Assembly: GCA_963721455.1 (NCBI GenBank)
Contig: CAVRJG010000056.1
Coordinates: forward strand, 1 to 64,000
From: an uncultured Methanosarcinaceae archaeon
GTDB taxonomy: Archaea; Halobacteriota; Methanosarcinia; Methanosarcinales; Methanosarcinaceae
Direction of reading: 5' to 3'
DNA length: 64,000 nt
Both the position numbers and the translations under genes were made by a program. Below the pieces are notes generated by a model. It did no database searches and had not been told where the DNA came from. It saw nothing but the letters and a program-made list of their open reading frames with translations. Shown piece by piece: positions 10,617 to 19,860 of this stretch (within the stretch, counting starts at the first letter, position 1; every line of letters starts with the position of its first letter).

Positions 10617-10712
10617 AATCATCTGTTACTAAAGTCACATTAATCTTTGTGTTCTTTTAGTAATGTTAAAAATTCTTTTTTGTAATCATCTGTTACTAAA
10701 GTCACATTAATC
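10617..10712. promoter_or_regulatory. Duplicated 29-bp element with a TGTTAC-N4-GTCACA dyad (candidate operator)
   Basis: AATCATCTGTTACTAAAGTCACATTAATC at 10617-10645 and 10684-10712, upstream of the surface-protein gene. Confidence 0.55.
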
Positions 10713-10871
10713 CAAACTTGGACTATTTGCCCAACCAATGATGTGACAAATCAGTAAATAGATTAAGTAGATATTATATAATTTTACGAATAAAAGATTA
10801 TCTAACCTTTATTACATCAATTTTTGTTATGAACTAAAATTACAGATTTCAATTCGATGTCAAAAATTGCT

Positions 10872-11276
10872 TTAAGACGAGAGGCTAATGGAAAAACTAT
10901 CACTCAAACCGTTAAGGATCTTCTTAATGCATATAATCCTGATATCATCGATCTCAAAGCTTCCGAGATCAAACAACGCCAGCCGGAAATTTAGGAAGCC
11001 GATGCAAGGAAAAAAGCACAGAAGAATCTGATTGATATTGACAGGTCTACTTTTTCCGGCGAGCTGAACGAATATATTGAGAATGTCCGAATAGTCCATG
11101 AGCAGATAATTGATACCTTGAACCTTGACACCCTTCAAAGAGCCGAATGGGATAAAGACGCTGTAGTAAGGGCAGATGAGCTGATCAACGACTTTAAGGC
11201 ATATCTGAGAGCTAACAAGACAGATCATAGCCTGAGAATTTTCTACAACCAGCCCTACCAGCGCAGGGAAGTTACC
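10872..11276 (+). pseudogene. hsdR: Type I R-M HsdR C-terminal remnant
   Basis: Frame reads ..DLLNAYNPD..*..LNEYIENVRIVHEQIIDTLNLD..AEWDK..INDFKAYL..LRIFYNQPYQRREVT, resembling HsdR C-termini. It has an internal TAG at 10992 and no start codon. Confidence 0.7.
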
Positions 11277-12013
11277 GTTACGATTACATCCTCACCAACC
11301 CGCCTTTCGGAAAAAAGAGCAGCATGACCTTCACCAACGAAGAAGGCGAGCAGGAAAAAGAAGATCTCACTTACAACCGTCAGGACTTCTGGACCACCAC
11401 AAGCAACAAGCAGCTAAACTTTGTGCAGCACATCCATACAATCCTCAAAACCGGCGGGCAGGCAGCAGTAGTATTGCCTGACAATGTCCTGTTTGAAGGC
11501 GGAGCAGGAGAGACCATCCGCAAAAAGCTTCTTGAAACCACAGACCTGCACACAATACTGCGCCTGCCGACAGGTATCTTTTACGCAAATGGCGTAAAGG
11601 CAAACGTGCTCTTCTTTGAAGCTAAACCCGCAGCCAAAGAACCCTGGACCAGAGAAGTGTGGATCTACGACTACCGCACCAATGTCCATCACACATTGAA
11701 AAAGAACCCGATGAAGTTTTCAGATCTTGAAGAATTCATTAAATGCTACAACCCCGATAATCGAATCAGCCGTAAAGAGGCATGGAGTGAAGAATTTCCC
11801 GAAGGCGGGTTCCGGAAATTCAGCTATGATGAAATAGTGGCAAGGGACAAAACGAATCTGGATATTTTCTGGCTCAAAGACAAAAGTCTTGCTGACCTCG
11901 ACAACCTTCCGGACCCTGATATTCTCGCAAACGAGATAATTGAGAATATGGAAGCTTCACTGGCAAGTTTCAAGGAAATTATGGTCACAATTAATGGTGA
12001 AAGCGAACAGTGA
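11271..12013 (+). pseudogene. hsdM: Partial second hsdM copy (3' half)
   Basis: 11271-11997 is nearly identical to 8401-9127. Confidence 0.93.
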
Positions 12014-12108
12014 TTAAAAGTAAATTTCACATAATGCTAAAAATTTAAGAATTTAGCCAATTATGGGAAACATATTCAAGAGAAATATCCAACCTCAGAA
12101 ATGTCTGT

Positions 12109-12236
12109 AGCTGATCCCAAAACTCAAAATTGTGTATCTGAATTTCAAATTTTGAATAACCAACACAGTTTCCGATTATGAAAAGGGTTCTGAAATTCTT
12201 ATTGACGTGAAAATAAAGTTGGTTTTGGGATGAGCT
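12109..12236. mobile_element. MITE-like element, ~128 bp
   Basis: 15-bp inverted ends AGCTGATCCCAAAAC / GTTTTGGGATGAGCT (1 mismatch), with no coding capacity. Confidence 0.7.
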
Positions 12237-12347
12237 TATTAAAAAAGTCGTAAAAGAAGTTATGGAAATTAGAAGCAGATAATAAATAAAACGAAATTAA
12301 GAAAATCCTCGGGAAGGAATGAAGAAGCAGAAATAAAGCATTGCAGT

Positions 12348-13004
12348 TCAAACAATCTCTGCTACCTTTTTTGCAGATGCTTTAAACGCTTCTTTTGCCC
12401 CTGATTCGGTAAGCCCGGCTCCCATTGCAATTTTCAGCGCTGTTTCATCGGTGATCAGGTTTTCAGGGGCATGCGTGTCGGTGTTCACCACAAGAGTTGC
12501 CCCTATTTCGAGGGCAAGCCTGGCAACATGGCCGTTTGTCCTGTTGTGTCCGTTCCTGGCAGTAATCTCAAGAAAAACATTCTTCTCTGCCGCAGTCCGG
12601 ACGTCTTCTTCGGAGACCAGGCCGGGGTGAGCAAGGATATCCACATATTCGCAGGCGACCGACGCTGCATTTGTCCCGGGTGCGACCGGTTCGTATATGG
12701 TTTCCCCGTGCACGACAACTATTTCCGCGCCCAGATCTTTTGCTTTCTTTGCAAGGGGAGCGATCTTTCTTGGGGGTACATGCGTCAGTTCAACGCCAGG
12801 CAAAACGCGGATATCCCATTCGTTTTCCAGGTACTTAGCCTTCTTTGCAGCTTCCAGGACATGTTCGAGATTGGTGTAATCAGCATGATCGGTAATTGCA
12901 ATAGCCGTATAGCCGTGAACAACTGCCCGCCGGACAAGTTCGCTGGGGAGCAGCTCCCCGTCACTGAAAATTGTGTGAGTGTGAAGATCAATCAACCGGA
13001 TCAC
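12348..13004 (-). CDS. PHP-domain (histidinol-phosphatase-like) protein
   Basis: DLHTHTIFSDG, ITDH, AHPG and NTDTH motifs. Confidence 0.9.
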   Translation of the reverse strand: MIRLIDLHTHTIFSDGELLPSELVRRAVVHGYTAIAITDHADYTNLEHVLEAAKKAKYLENEWDIRVLPGVELTHVPPRKIAPLAKKAKDLGAEIVVVHGETIYEPVAPGTNAASVACEYVDILAHPGLVSEEDVRTAAEKNVFLEITARNGHNRTNGHVARLALEIGATLVVNTDTHAPENLITDETALKIAMGAGLTESGAKEAFKASAKKVAEIV

Positions 13005-13113
13005 CGTGTTTGAAACTCGTTTTATTCTTTACTGCTTATTTTTTCATCACTAAATTATATTTTTCATCGCTAGATTATATAGTTCACTTTATTAACTGAA
13101 CTCTCTAATAAAA

Positions 13114-13905
13114 TTATTCAGACGTCTCGGATTTCCCAAGCCTTTCTGCAACATCTGCAAAAGCGAAGTTCGGCTTGACATCTGTTATGCCGATCCTGAC
13201 CTTTTCTCCTACCTCGACTTCCTTTACGAAGACAACGAACCCCTCAATCAGTACGGCTCCGTCCCCGCTTGACCCCAGCTTCTCAATATCCACAACGAAT
13301 TCGTCTCCTTTGCGGAGCGGGGCTGTAAGGTATTTCTTTCCGATAACATAGATTTCCGCGCTCTGGGACCGCGACGCTTTCGGAGAATAAGCACCTGTTT
13401 TGACAAAGTTCTCCCTGACCTTTTGCAGGTAGTCGTTATACATGTCTCCCTGGAAGACTTTCACAACGAAATTCCCATTAGGCTTCAGGATCTTTTTCGC
13501 ACATTCCAGTGCCGAGGTCGCAAGCTCGATTGACCGCGCATGGTCATAAGACCAGTTTCCTGACAGGTTGGGGGCTGCATCACAGAGCACCACATCAGCT
13601 CCTTTTGCCCCTACGATCTGGATAATCTTATTTATTGTCGAATCTGCGTTTATGTTGCCCTGAATGGTCTCGACTCCCTGGATAGGCTCGATTCTCTGTA
13701 AATCCACGCCAAGGACTTTTCCCCCCGACAGTTCCTTTGCAACCTGCAACCATCCGCCAGGAGCCGCGCCTAAATCCACAACCGAGTCTCCACGATTGAT
13801 AACTCTATGTTTTTCATTGATCTGTTTGAGCTTGAAGGAAGCCCTGGAACGGTACCCGTCCACTTTTGCCTGATGATAATAATAGTCTCTTCTGTCTCTT
13901 GCCAT
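13114..13905 (-). CDS. rlmE: 23S rRNA Um2552 2'-O-methyltransferase with C-terminal TRAM domain
   Basis: YRSRASFKL, DLGAAPGGW, CDAAP and KVFQG motifs, plus a TRAM tail. Confidence 0.95.
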   Translation of the reverse strand: MARDRRDYYYHQAKVDGYRSRASFKLKQINEKHRVINRGDSVVDLGAAPGGWLQVAKELSGGKVLGVDLQRIEPIQGVETIQGNINADSTINKIIQIVGAKGADVVLCDAAPNLSGNWSYDHARSIELATSALECAKKILKPNGNFVVKVFQGDMYNDYLQKVRENFVKTGAYSPKASRSQSAEIYVIGKKYLTAPLRKGDEFVVDIEKLGSSGDGAVLIEGFVVFVKEVEVGEKVRIGITDVKPNFAFADVAERLGKSETSE

Positions 13906-14118
13906 TGCTTACCTTTCCTGCACTGAAAGCTGATATATATTACGCAAACGTTTTTTGCCAAATATCAGGGATTATAGTTTTAGATGAGAATATATAATTA
14001 TTTATTAAATATATAATCTCGGTTATTTTTGAGTAGGGAGAAAGCACGGCTCTCATCAGCCTGACATTCAGCGGTATGACTCCAAGCTTTCCGAACTCTT
14101 GACTTTTTCGAGTATTCC

Positions 14119-15162
14119 TCAAAGCAGATATCTTCTGGAGCTTAAGACCGTTCTGAGGATCTCTTCACCGCCTGCTTTTTCGACCTTGATATCAGAAGGC
14201 TTTTCAATTATCTCAAGGTTGAGAGGCAGACGCCTCTGTATTTCCCTTATGAGTTGAAGATCTCCGCTCATAATAACACAGTCTATAAGGGAGTTTTCTT
14301 CGAGGACTTTATCCAGGGCTTCAAAGACTTTGTTCATATGATGGGCGATATCCTCTTCCCTGAGGCGTTCGAAGCGGCGCTGGCTAAAACCTCCCTTGCT
14401 GTGTTTTTCCTTGACGCTGCTGTGGACAAGCTCTTCGGTATCGAAGACTCTGGCATCCGGAGCAAAACCTATGAAAGACTCGCCCGCATGCAGGACAAGG
14501 ACGAGCATGCGGTAGTCCCTATTCAAAATCTCTTCGAGGAAAGAAGTCTCAAAACTGTCCCGAAGCTGCCAGGATGGGGAAGTAACCGGGACAGGAGGGA
14601 CTATGGCTTCACAGACCATGCGATGAAAGTCATAGAAAAGTACCATGCCAGTTTCCGGATCAAGCCTGTCAAGGAGATTGAGGGTCTCTTCTTCTACCAG
14701 ATCAAGGACTTTTTCACTCAGCACGCCTGAGAGGCGAGTTCCAGGAGGCAGGTAAGCAGTCAAAAGGTCGTCTGCAGGAGTCCTGAAGGAACTGAGCTTG
14801 GAAAGGTAAGCCTGAACAGCCTGCGGGCTCAGGGTTTCAACTCCGCGAAATTCCAGTTTGCTCTGGGACTCAGCCCTGATTGTTTCGAGCTCGTGGGAGA
14901 GGGTTTGGGTTCGAACATATTCCTGATTTAAAAGGGCCTCAGCTTCCTGCCTGTCCGCAACGGCCTGCCTCGCAAGAGCCTCTTTCTTTTCAAGCTGGTT
15001 TTTTGCAGTCCGCAGGTCGAGTTCCAGTTTAATTATCAGGGAGTTGAGCCGGTCGATCTCAAGCTCGAGCTGTCCCTTTCCTGAGATTTTTCCTATGAAT
15101 GTGCTCAAGCCCTTTTTCGCGTCTTTAGCGGTTTCTTCTATTACATTCTTTTTATAGGTCAT
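14119..15162 (-). CDS. Vms1/Ankzf1-like release factor (aVLRF1) with N-terminal coiled coil
   Basis: KEKHSKGGFSQRRFERLR motif. Confidence 0.88.
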   Translation of the reverse strand: MTYKKNVIEETAKDAKKGLSTFIGKISGKGQLELEIDRLNSLIIKLELDLRTAKNQLEKKEALARQAVADRQEAEALLNQEYVRTQTLSHELETIRAESQSKLEFRGVETLSPQAVQAYLSKLSSFRTPADDLLTAYLPPGTRLSGVLSEKVLDLVEEETLNLLDRLDPETGMVLFYDFHRMVCEAIVPPVPVTSPSWQLRDSFETSFLEEILNRDYRMLVLVLHAGESFIGFAPDARVFDTEELVHSSVKEKHSKGGFSQRRFERLREEDIAHHMNKVFEALDKVLEENSLIDCVIMSGDLQLIREIQRRLPLNLEIIEKPSDIKVEKAGGEEILRTVLSSRRYLL

Positions 15163-15428
15163 TTGCCTTCCGTTCCTGTTTCAGATCTGTTCCCCACCTT
15201 AATTGAAATTTGTCACCTTAAACGAAATTTATCATATCCTTAATTGAAATTTAGCCCATATATGTACACTTCCTAATAAAAGATCCTCTTTTTGTCAATT
15301 TTAATCTCTCGCATTTCGAAAGTTTTAAGAATATCGTATTTAATGTCAATTTGCTTTCAGGAATTTTTCCTGAAAAGCAAGCCAATTTTCACACTTACTT
15401 AATTATTATAGATTACTCCGGTGCCTGA

Positions 15429-16784
15429 ATGAAAACCCCATTGAAAGACTTTCAAAATCAGACGGGCCAGAAGTGCCCGAACCAGGAAAATCCCGGCCAG
15501 AAGGAACCGGATAGAGTAAATAATATGGATAAAGAAGACAGGCAAAATGCCGCCAGATCCATAGCTGAAAAATTTCATCCAACGCTCTGGATCCAGGGAC
15601 AGAGGAGCTCTTCTCTTGCCGGAAAAACGATAGTTCTTGGCGTTACAGGGAGCATCGGAGCGGTCAGGGTAGTTGAACTTGCAAGAGAACTGATAAGAAA
15701 CGGGGCTGATGTCCATCCTGTGATGACAGACGCTGCCAGGCATATCCTGCACCCTGATGCCCTGCACTATGCGACCGGAAACCCTGTAATTACCGAACTT
15801 GGAGGCAGGGTTGAGCATGTGGAGTTCTGCGGGCTCAAGGGCAGAGCCGATCTTCTCCTGATAGCCCCTGCAACGGCAAACACCATAGGAAAAATCGCAT
15901 ATGGAATAGACGATACCACTGTCACATCTTTTGCAACAACTGCCCTTGGCTCAGGCGTACGTTTAATGGTTGTGCCTGCGATGCACGAGTCAATGTACAG
16001 GCACCCGGCTGTAGCTGAAAATATCGTAAAATTGAGAAGCTGGGGAATCTCTATCGTAGGTCCCAAACTGGAAGAAGGGATCGCAAAAATTGCATCAAAC
16101 GAAGAAATAGTGCTCGAAGTAGAAAGGGCTCTCGGAAGAAGGAGCCTTGAAAAACGAAAAGTAATTATCACAAGTGGTTCAACTGCCGAAAGCCTGGACC
16201 CGATCCGTATCCTCACGAACCGGGCTTCCGGGAAAACCGGAAGGGAACTTGCCCTTGAAGCTTACCGCAGTGGAGCTGATGTAACCCTGGTGCACAGGGA
16301 CCGGCTGGGGCTTGCAGGAATCAGGGAAATTTTTGCAGAAAACGCCGCCGAAATGACAGATGCCGTACTCTCGGAACTGCAGAAAGGGTATGATGTCCTG
16401 ATCAGCTCGGCAGCAATAGCCGACTATACAGCCGAACCTTCTCCCGAAAAGATCAAATCGGGAGGAGAACTTGTGTTGAGACTGAAACCGACCCGCAAAC
16501 TGATAAAAGAATGCCGTGAAAAGTACCCTGACCTTGTGATCATAGGTTTCAAGGCTGAAACCGGAGTTGGAAGAGATGAGCTTCTCAGAAGGGCAACCTC
16601 AACCCTTGAAGGGTCAAAACTGGACCTCATTGCAGCAAATGATGTCGGAAAAGGTGGAATGGGCACAGAGGAAAATGAACTTTACCTGCTCGGAAGGGAA
16701 AAAGGTGAGCTCAGGCACGTAAGCGGAAATAAACGGAAACTTGCAGCCTGCATCCTTGAAGAGGTAACCGGGCTTTTAAAATAA
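15429..16784 (+). CDS. coaBC: Bifunctional phosphopantothenoylcysteine decarboxylase/synthetase
   Basis: GVTGSIGA, APATANTIGK, PAMH, DPIR.LTNRASG, GFKAE. The true start may be slightly downstream. Confidence 0.95.
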   Translation: MKTPLKDFQNQTGQKCPNQENPGQKEPDRVNNMDKEDRQNAARSIAEKFHPTLWIQGQRSSSLAGKTIVLGVTGSIGAVRVVELARELIRNGADVHPVMTDAARHILHPDALHYATGNPVITELGGRVEHVEFCGLKGRADLLLIAPATANTIGKIAYGIDDTTVTSFATTALGSGVRLMVVPAMHESMYRHPAVAENIVKLRSWGISIVGPKLEEGIAKIASNEEIVLEVERALGRRSLEKRKVIITSGSTAESLDPIRILTNRASGKTGRELALEAYRSGADVTLVHRDRLGLAGIREIFAENAAEMTDAVLSELQKGYDVLISSAAIADYTAEPSPEKIKSGGELVLRLKPTRKLIKECREKYPDLVIIGFKAETGVGRDELLRRATSTLEGSKLDLIAANDVGKGGMGTEENELYLLGREKGELRHVSGNKRKLAACILEEVTGLLK

Positions 16785-16964
16785 CAAAAATGCCATGAAG
16801 TTACAATCCCTATCTTGAAGTTGACGCTCGATAAGAGTATTAAGCTGTGAAGCTGTGTTCAGTGCTGAATATATCTGAATATCCTGCAAAGTATTCTGCA
16901 AAGTATTCTGCAAAACAGGCATGAACTTTGAAAAAATGATTGAAATTGTAAAAAGGCGTTTTCT

Positions 16965-17867
16965 ATGTACACATATGAGAGTGAAGGAGCAGATTTTCTG
17001 GCAAAAGCCTATGCTCCGGGACACATTACAGGTTTTTTCCAGATCCACGAGCATGAAGACCCTCACCGTAAGGGTTCTACAGGCTGCGGAATTGTCCTTA
17101 ACGGGGGAGTTACCACCGAAGTAAAGGTTGGGAAATCCGTGGAGAAAACCGAGATATTCCTTAATGGAAAAAGTGTTGAAGGCAGGACTACCCGGACAGT
17201 CGCAGATATGATGACTGATGTGCCTGTAAGGATTAAGAGCTGGGCAGAAATCCCAACCGGATGCGGGTTTGGAGCTTCGGGCGCGGGGGCTCTCGGGACA
17301 GCCTATGCCCTGAACAGGGCACTTTCCCTGAACCAGACCGTAAAAAGCCTGACCGAATATGCACATGTGGCAGAGGTTGTCAACCGCAGCGGACTTGGGG
17401 ATATTGCTGCCCAGTCCAACGGCGGGGTAGTTATCAGACTGCAGCCCGGAGGGCCCGAATTCGGACTTGTGGACAGGATCCCGGCTCCCGAAGCCAGGGT
17501 TTTTTGCATCGTGCTTGGCGAGATTTCCACAGATTCTGTCCTGAGGGACGAAGCTGCAGCCGGGAGAATTAATAGCGCAGGAAAAGCAGCCATGTCCGAA
17601 CTGCTTAAAAAGCCTACTCTTGAGAATTTCATGCAGCAGGCAAAAACATTTGCAAGTAAAACCGGCCTTATGAGCAGCAGGGCAAAAGATGTTATTGAAG
17701 CTGTAAACGCGAGCGGAGGGCTGGCTTCTCAGGCAATGCTCGGGGATACGGTCTTTGCAATTGCCCCCGACTGCCAGGAATTTCCTCTCTATGAAGCCCT
17801 GCAGGAATTCGGGCAGGTGCTGGAATACGGCATAAGCACCTGTGTGCCGAAATTGATGTACGATTGA
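16965..17867 (+). CDS. Pantoate kinase (GHMP family)
   Basis: APGHITGFF, GSTGCG, PTGCGFGASGA; lies in the CoA cluster. Confidence 0.92.
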   Translation: MYTYESEGADFLAKAYAPGHITGFFQIHEHEDPHRKGSTGCGIVLNGGVTTEVKVGKSVEKTEIFLNGKSVEGRTTRTVADMMTDVPVRIKSWAEIPTGCGFGASGAGALGTAYALNRALSLNQTVKSLTEYAHVAEVVNRSGLGDIAAQSNGGVVIRLQPGGPEFGLVDRIPAPEARVFCIVLGEISTDSVLRDEAAAGRINSAGKAAMSELLKKPTLENFMQQAKTFASKTGLMSSRAKDVIEAVNASGGLASQAMLGDTVFAIAPDCQEFPLYEALQEFGQVLEYGISTCVPKLMYD

Positions 17868-18159
17868 GCCTCAGGGCGAAACTTTATTTACTTTTTTGAA
17901 TATCAGGCAGGAGATAGAAATATTGGCAGAAAATTTGCTACATAAGGAAACCCCCATAGCTTAAATAGAATAGAAATAGAAAAGCTGGGGCCAAATAGAC
18001 GACACGCAGTTCAGAGAATCATCTGAATACTCCAAAGAAATATAATCAGGCAAATATATTGAAAATCCTTTCCAGCTTTAAAGTAAATCCTTTCCAGACC
18101 TGAATAATAAAAAACGGGATGAAGAAATAAGTTAACAAGCAAAAAGGTAAGCGACAGAC

Positions 18160-18921
18160 ATGACCGAGATACCCCACGACCACCCAAGGTATGAGTCCCT
18201 GCTCGCCCGTGAAAAGGTTGTAGCCGGGGTAAAAATGGGAATTACAAGCGTACAGGGACTGATTGCCCAGGGAAGAGGCGAAAGCTTTGATTACCTTATA
18301 GGCGAGCGAAGCACAGAGTCTGCGCTGTATGCTGAAAGAGCTGCAGTTGCTGCCCTTCTTCTGGCAAAGAACCCGGTAATTTCCGTAAACGGCAATGTTG
18401 CAGCCTTAGCTCCTGAAAAAGTTGTTGCCCTCGCAGACATTACGGGAGCCAGGATTGAGGTGAATCTGTTTCACAGGACCGAGACCCGGGTTCACCTTAT
18501 AATAGAACAACTGAAAGCCAGCGGGGCTTCCGAGGTGCTCGGGAAAAACCCGGATGCGAGCCTTGAACTCTCCCATGCCAGACGGCTTGTAGAAAGCAAG
18601 GGGATCTATACCGCAGATGTGGTGCTTGTTCCCCTGGAAGACGGAGACCGGTGCGAAAAGCTTGTAGAAATGGGCAAAACGGTCATAACAATTGACCTTA
18701 ACCCTCTCTCACGGACCTCCAGGACAGCTACAATATCCATTGTGGACAACCTTACCCGGGCTCTCGAAAACATGGCAAGGTTTGCACGGGAGATGAAAAA
18801 GGAAAGGAAAGAGGAACTTGTAAAGCTCATTACTACTTATGATAACAAAAAAGTCCTCTCCGAAGCTATTTCCGAAATCCAGGAACATCTCAAGGCAATT
18901 ACCGCTGAAATGGAATACTGA
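18160..18921 (+). CDS. 4-phosphopantoate--beta-alanine ligase (phosphopantothenate synthetase)
   Basis: HPRYESLL, GRGESFDYLIGE, VPLEDGDR, IDLNPLSRT. Confidence 0.93.
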   Translation: MTEIPHDHPRYESLLAREKVVAGVKMGITSVQGLIAQGRGESFDYLIGERSTESALYAERAAVAALLLAKNPVISVNGNVAALAPEKVVALADITGARIEVNLFHRTETRVHLIIEQLKASGASEVLGKNPDASLELSHARRLVESKGIYTADVVLVPLEDGDRCEKLVEMGKTVITIDLNPLSRTSRTATISIVDNLTRALENMARFAREMKKERKEELVKLITTYDNKKVLSEAISEIQEHLKAITAEMEY

Positions 18922-18923
18922 AT

Positions 18924-19577
18924 ATGGACCTGATAGAAAAAACCAGGGAATTTGCAGCCTCTTTTCTTGAAGGGGAGCCCAGTTCCCACGATATGTCCCA
19001 TATCAACAGAGTAGAAGCCCTCTGCCTGGAAATCCGGAAAGAAGAAGGAGGAGATCCCCTGATACTCCAGCTCGCGGCCCTCCTCCACGATGTGGGCGTA
19101 ATTAAGGAGCATGAAGAAGGAGGGGACCATGCCCTGTACAGTGCGGAAATAGCCTCCGAATTCCTTGGGAAAGCAGGGCTCGGAAAAGAGACTATTGAGG
19201 CCGTTACAGGCTGTATCCTGACCCATCGTTTCAGCGGAGAAAAAAGGCCGGAGACTGTCGAAGCCAGGATTTTACAGGATGCGGACCGGCTTGATGCCCT
19301 TGGAGCAGTAGGGATTTTCAGGGCTGTTTTTTCCATGGGAGCTCTCAGGATGCTCAAGCACATAACAGGAATAGATAAGGGGAGCTCAAAAAAGACGGTG
19401 TATGTTGAAGACCCTATTGAAGGCTTTAACGAATATATGCAATACAAACCTTTCACGATTCCTGAGAAGTTGAATACCGACACTTCAAAGAGGATTGCCG
19501 CAGAAAGGCTGAAAATCATGCGCCTTTACCTTGAAGCCCTGAACCTGGAGACCGGGACTAATGAACAGCGGCTCTAA
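18924..19577 (+). CDS. HD-domain phosphohydrolase
   Basis: SHDMSHINRV, LLHDVG, LQDADRLDALGAVG. Confidence 0.9.
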   Translation: MDLIEKTREFAASFLEGEPSSHDMSHINRVEALCLEIRKEEGGDPLILQLAALLHDVGVIKEHEEGGDHALYSAEIASEFLGKAGLGKETIEAVTGCILTHRFSGEKRPETVEARILQDADRLDALGAVGIFRAVFSMGALRMLKHITGIDKGSSKKTVYVEDPIEGFNEYMQYKPFTIPEKLNTDTSKRIAAERLKIMRLYLEALNLETGTNEQRL

Positions 19578-19724
19578 GTGGTGAGCCGATTTTTGAGAAT
19601 TTCGCGCAGAAAAATTCCAGATGCAATTGGAGTTAGACTACCTCAAAATTTACAAAACTTCCCCTTTTTACAGGGTTTTAGCGCAATTCTCAGGACAACT
19701 TTTTTTACGATAACCTCTTAATTC

Positions 19725-19808
19725 CAGTACTTCTTAATCAGTACTTCTTAATCAGTACTTCTTAATCAGTACTTCTTAATCAGTACTTCTTAATCAGTAC
19801 TTCTTAAT
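19725..19808 (+). repeat. 14-bp tandem repeat CAGTACTTCTTAAT x6
   Basis: Six perfect copies, ending 52 bp upstream of the amidohydrolase start. Confidence 0.97.
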
Positions 19809-19860
19809 AATTCAGATTAATCTAACGAGTTTCAGTTCATTACCTGACGGATCTGATCAT

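Noticed and set aside
10617-10712. Mini-CRISPR (29-bp repeat with 38-bp spacer)
   Set aside because: Only two repeats, no cas genes, and no CRISPR-like terminal motif such as GAAA(C/G); an operator duplication fits better.
10992-10994. Pyrrolysine read-through of the TAG in the hsdR remnant
   Set aside because: The fragment has no start codon and is truncated at both ends; simple decay explains it.
13040-16920. Short intergenic duplications (near 13050, 15196-15250 and 16881-16915)
   Set aside because: Two- to three-copy slippage repeats are frequent throughout this window and show no specific signal.
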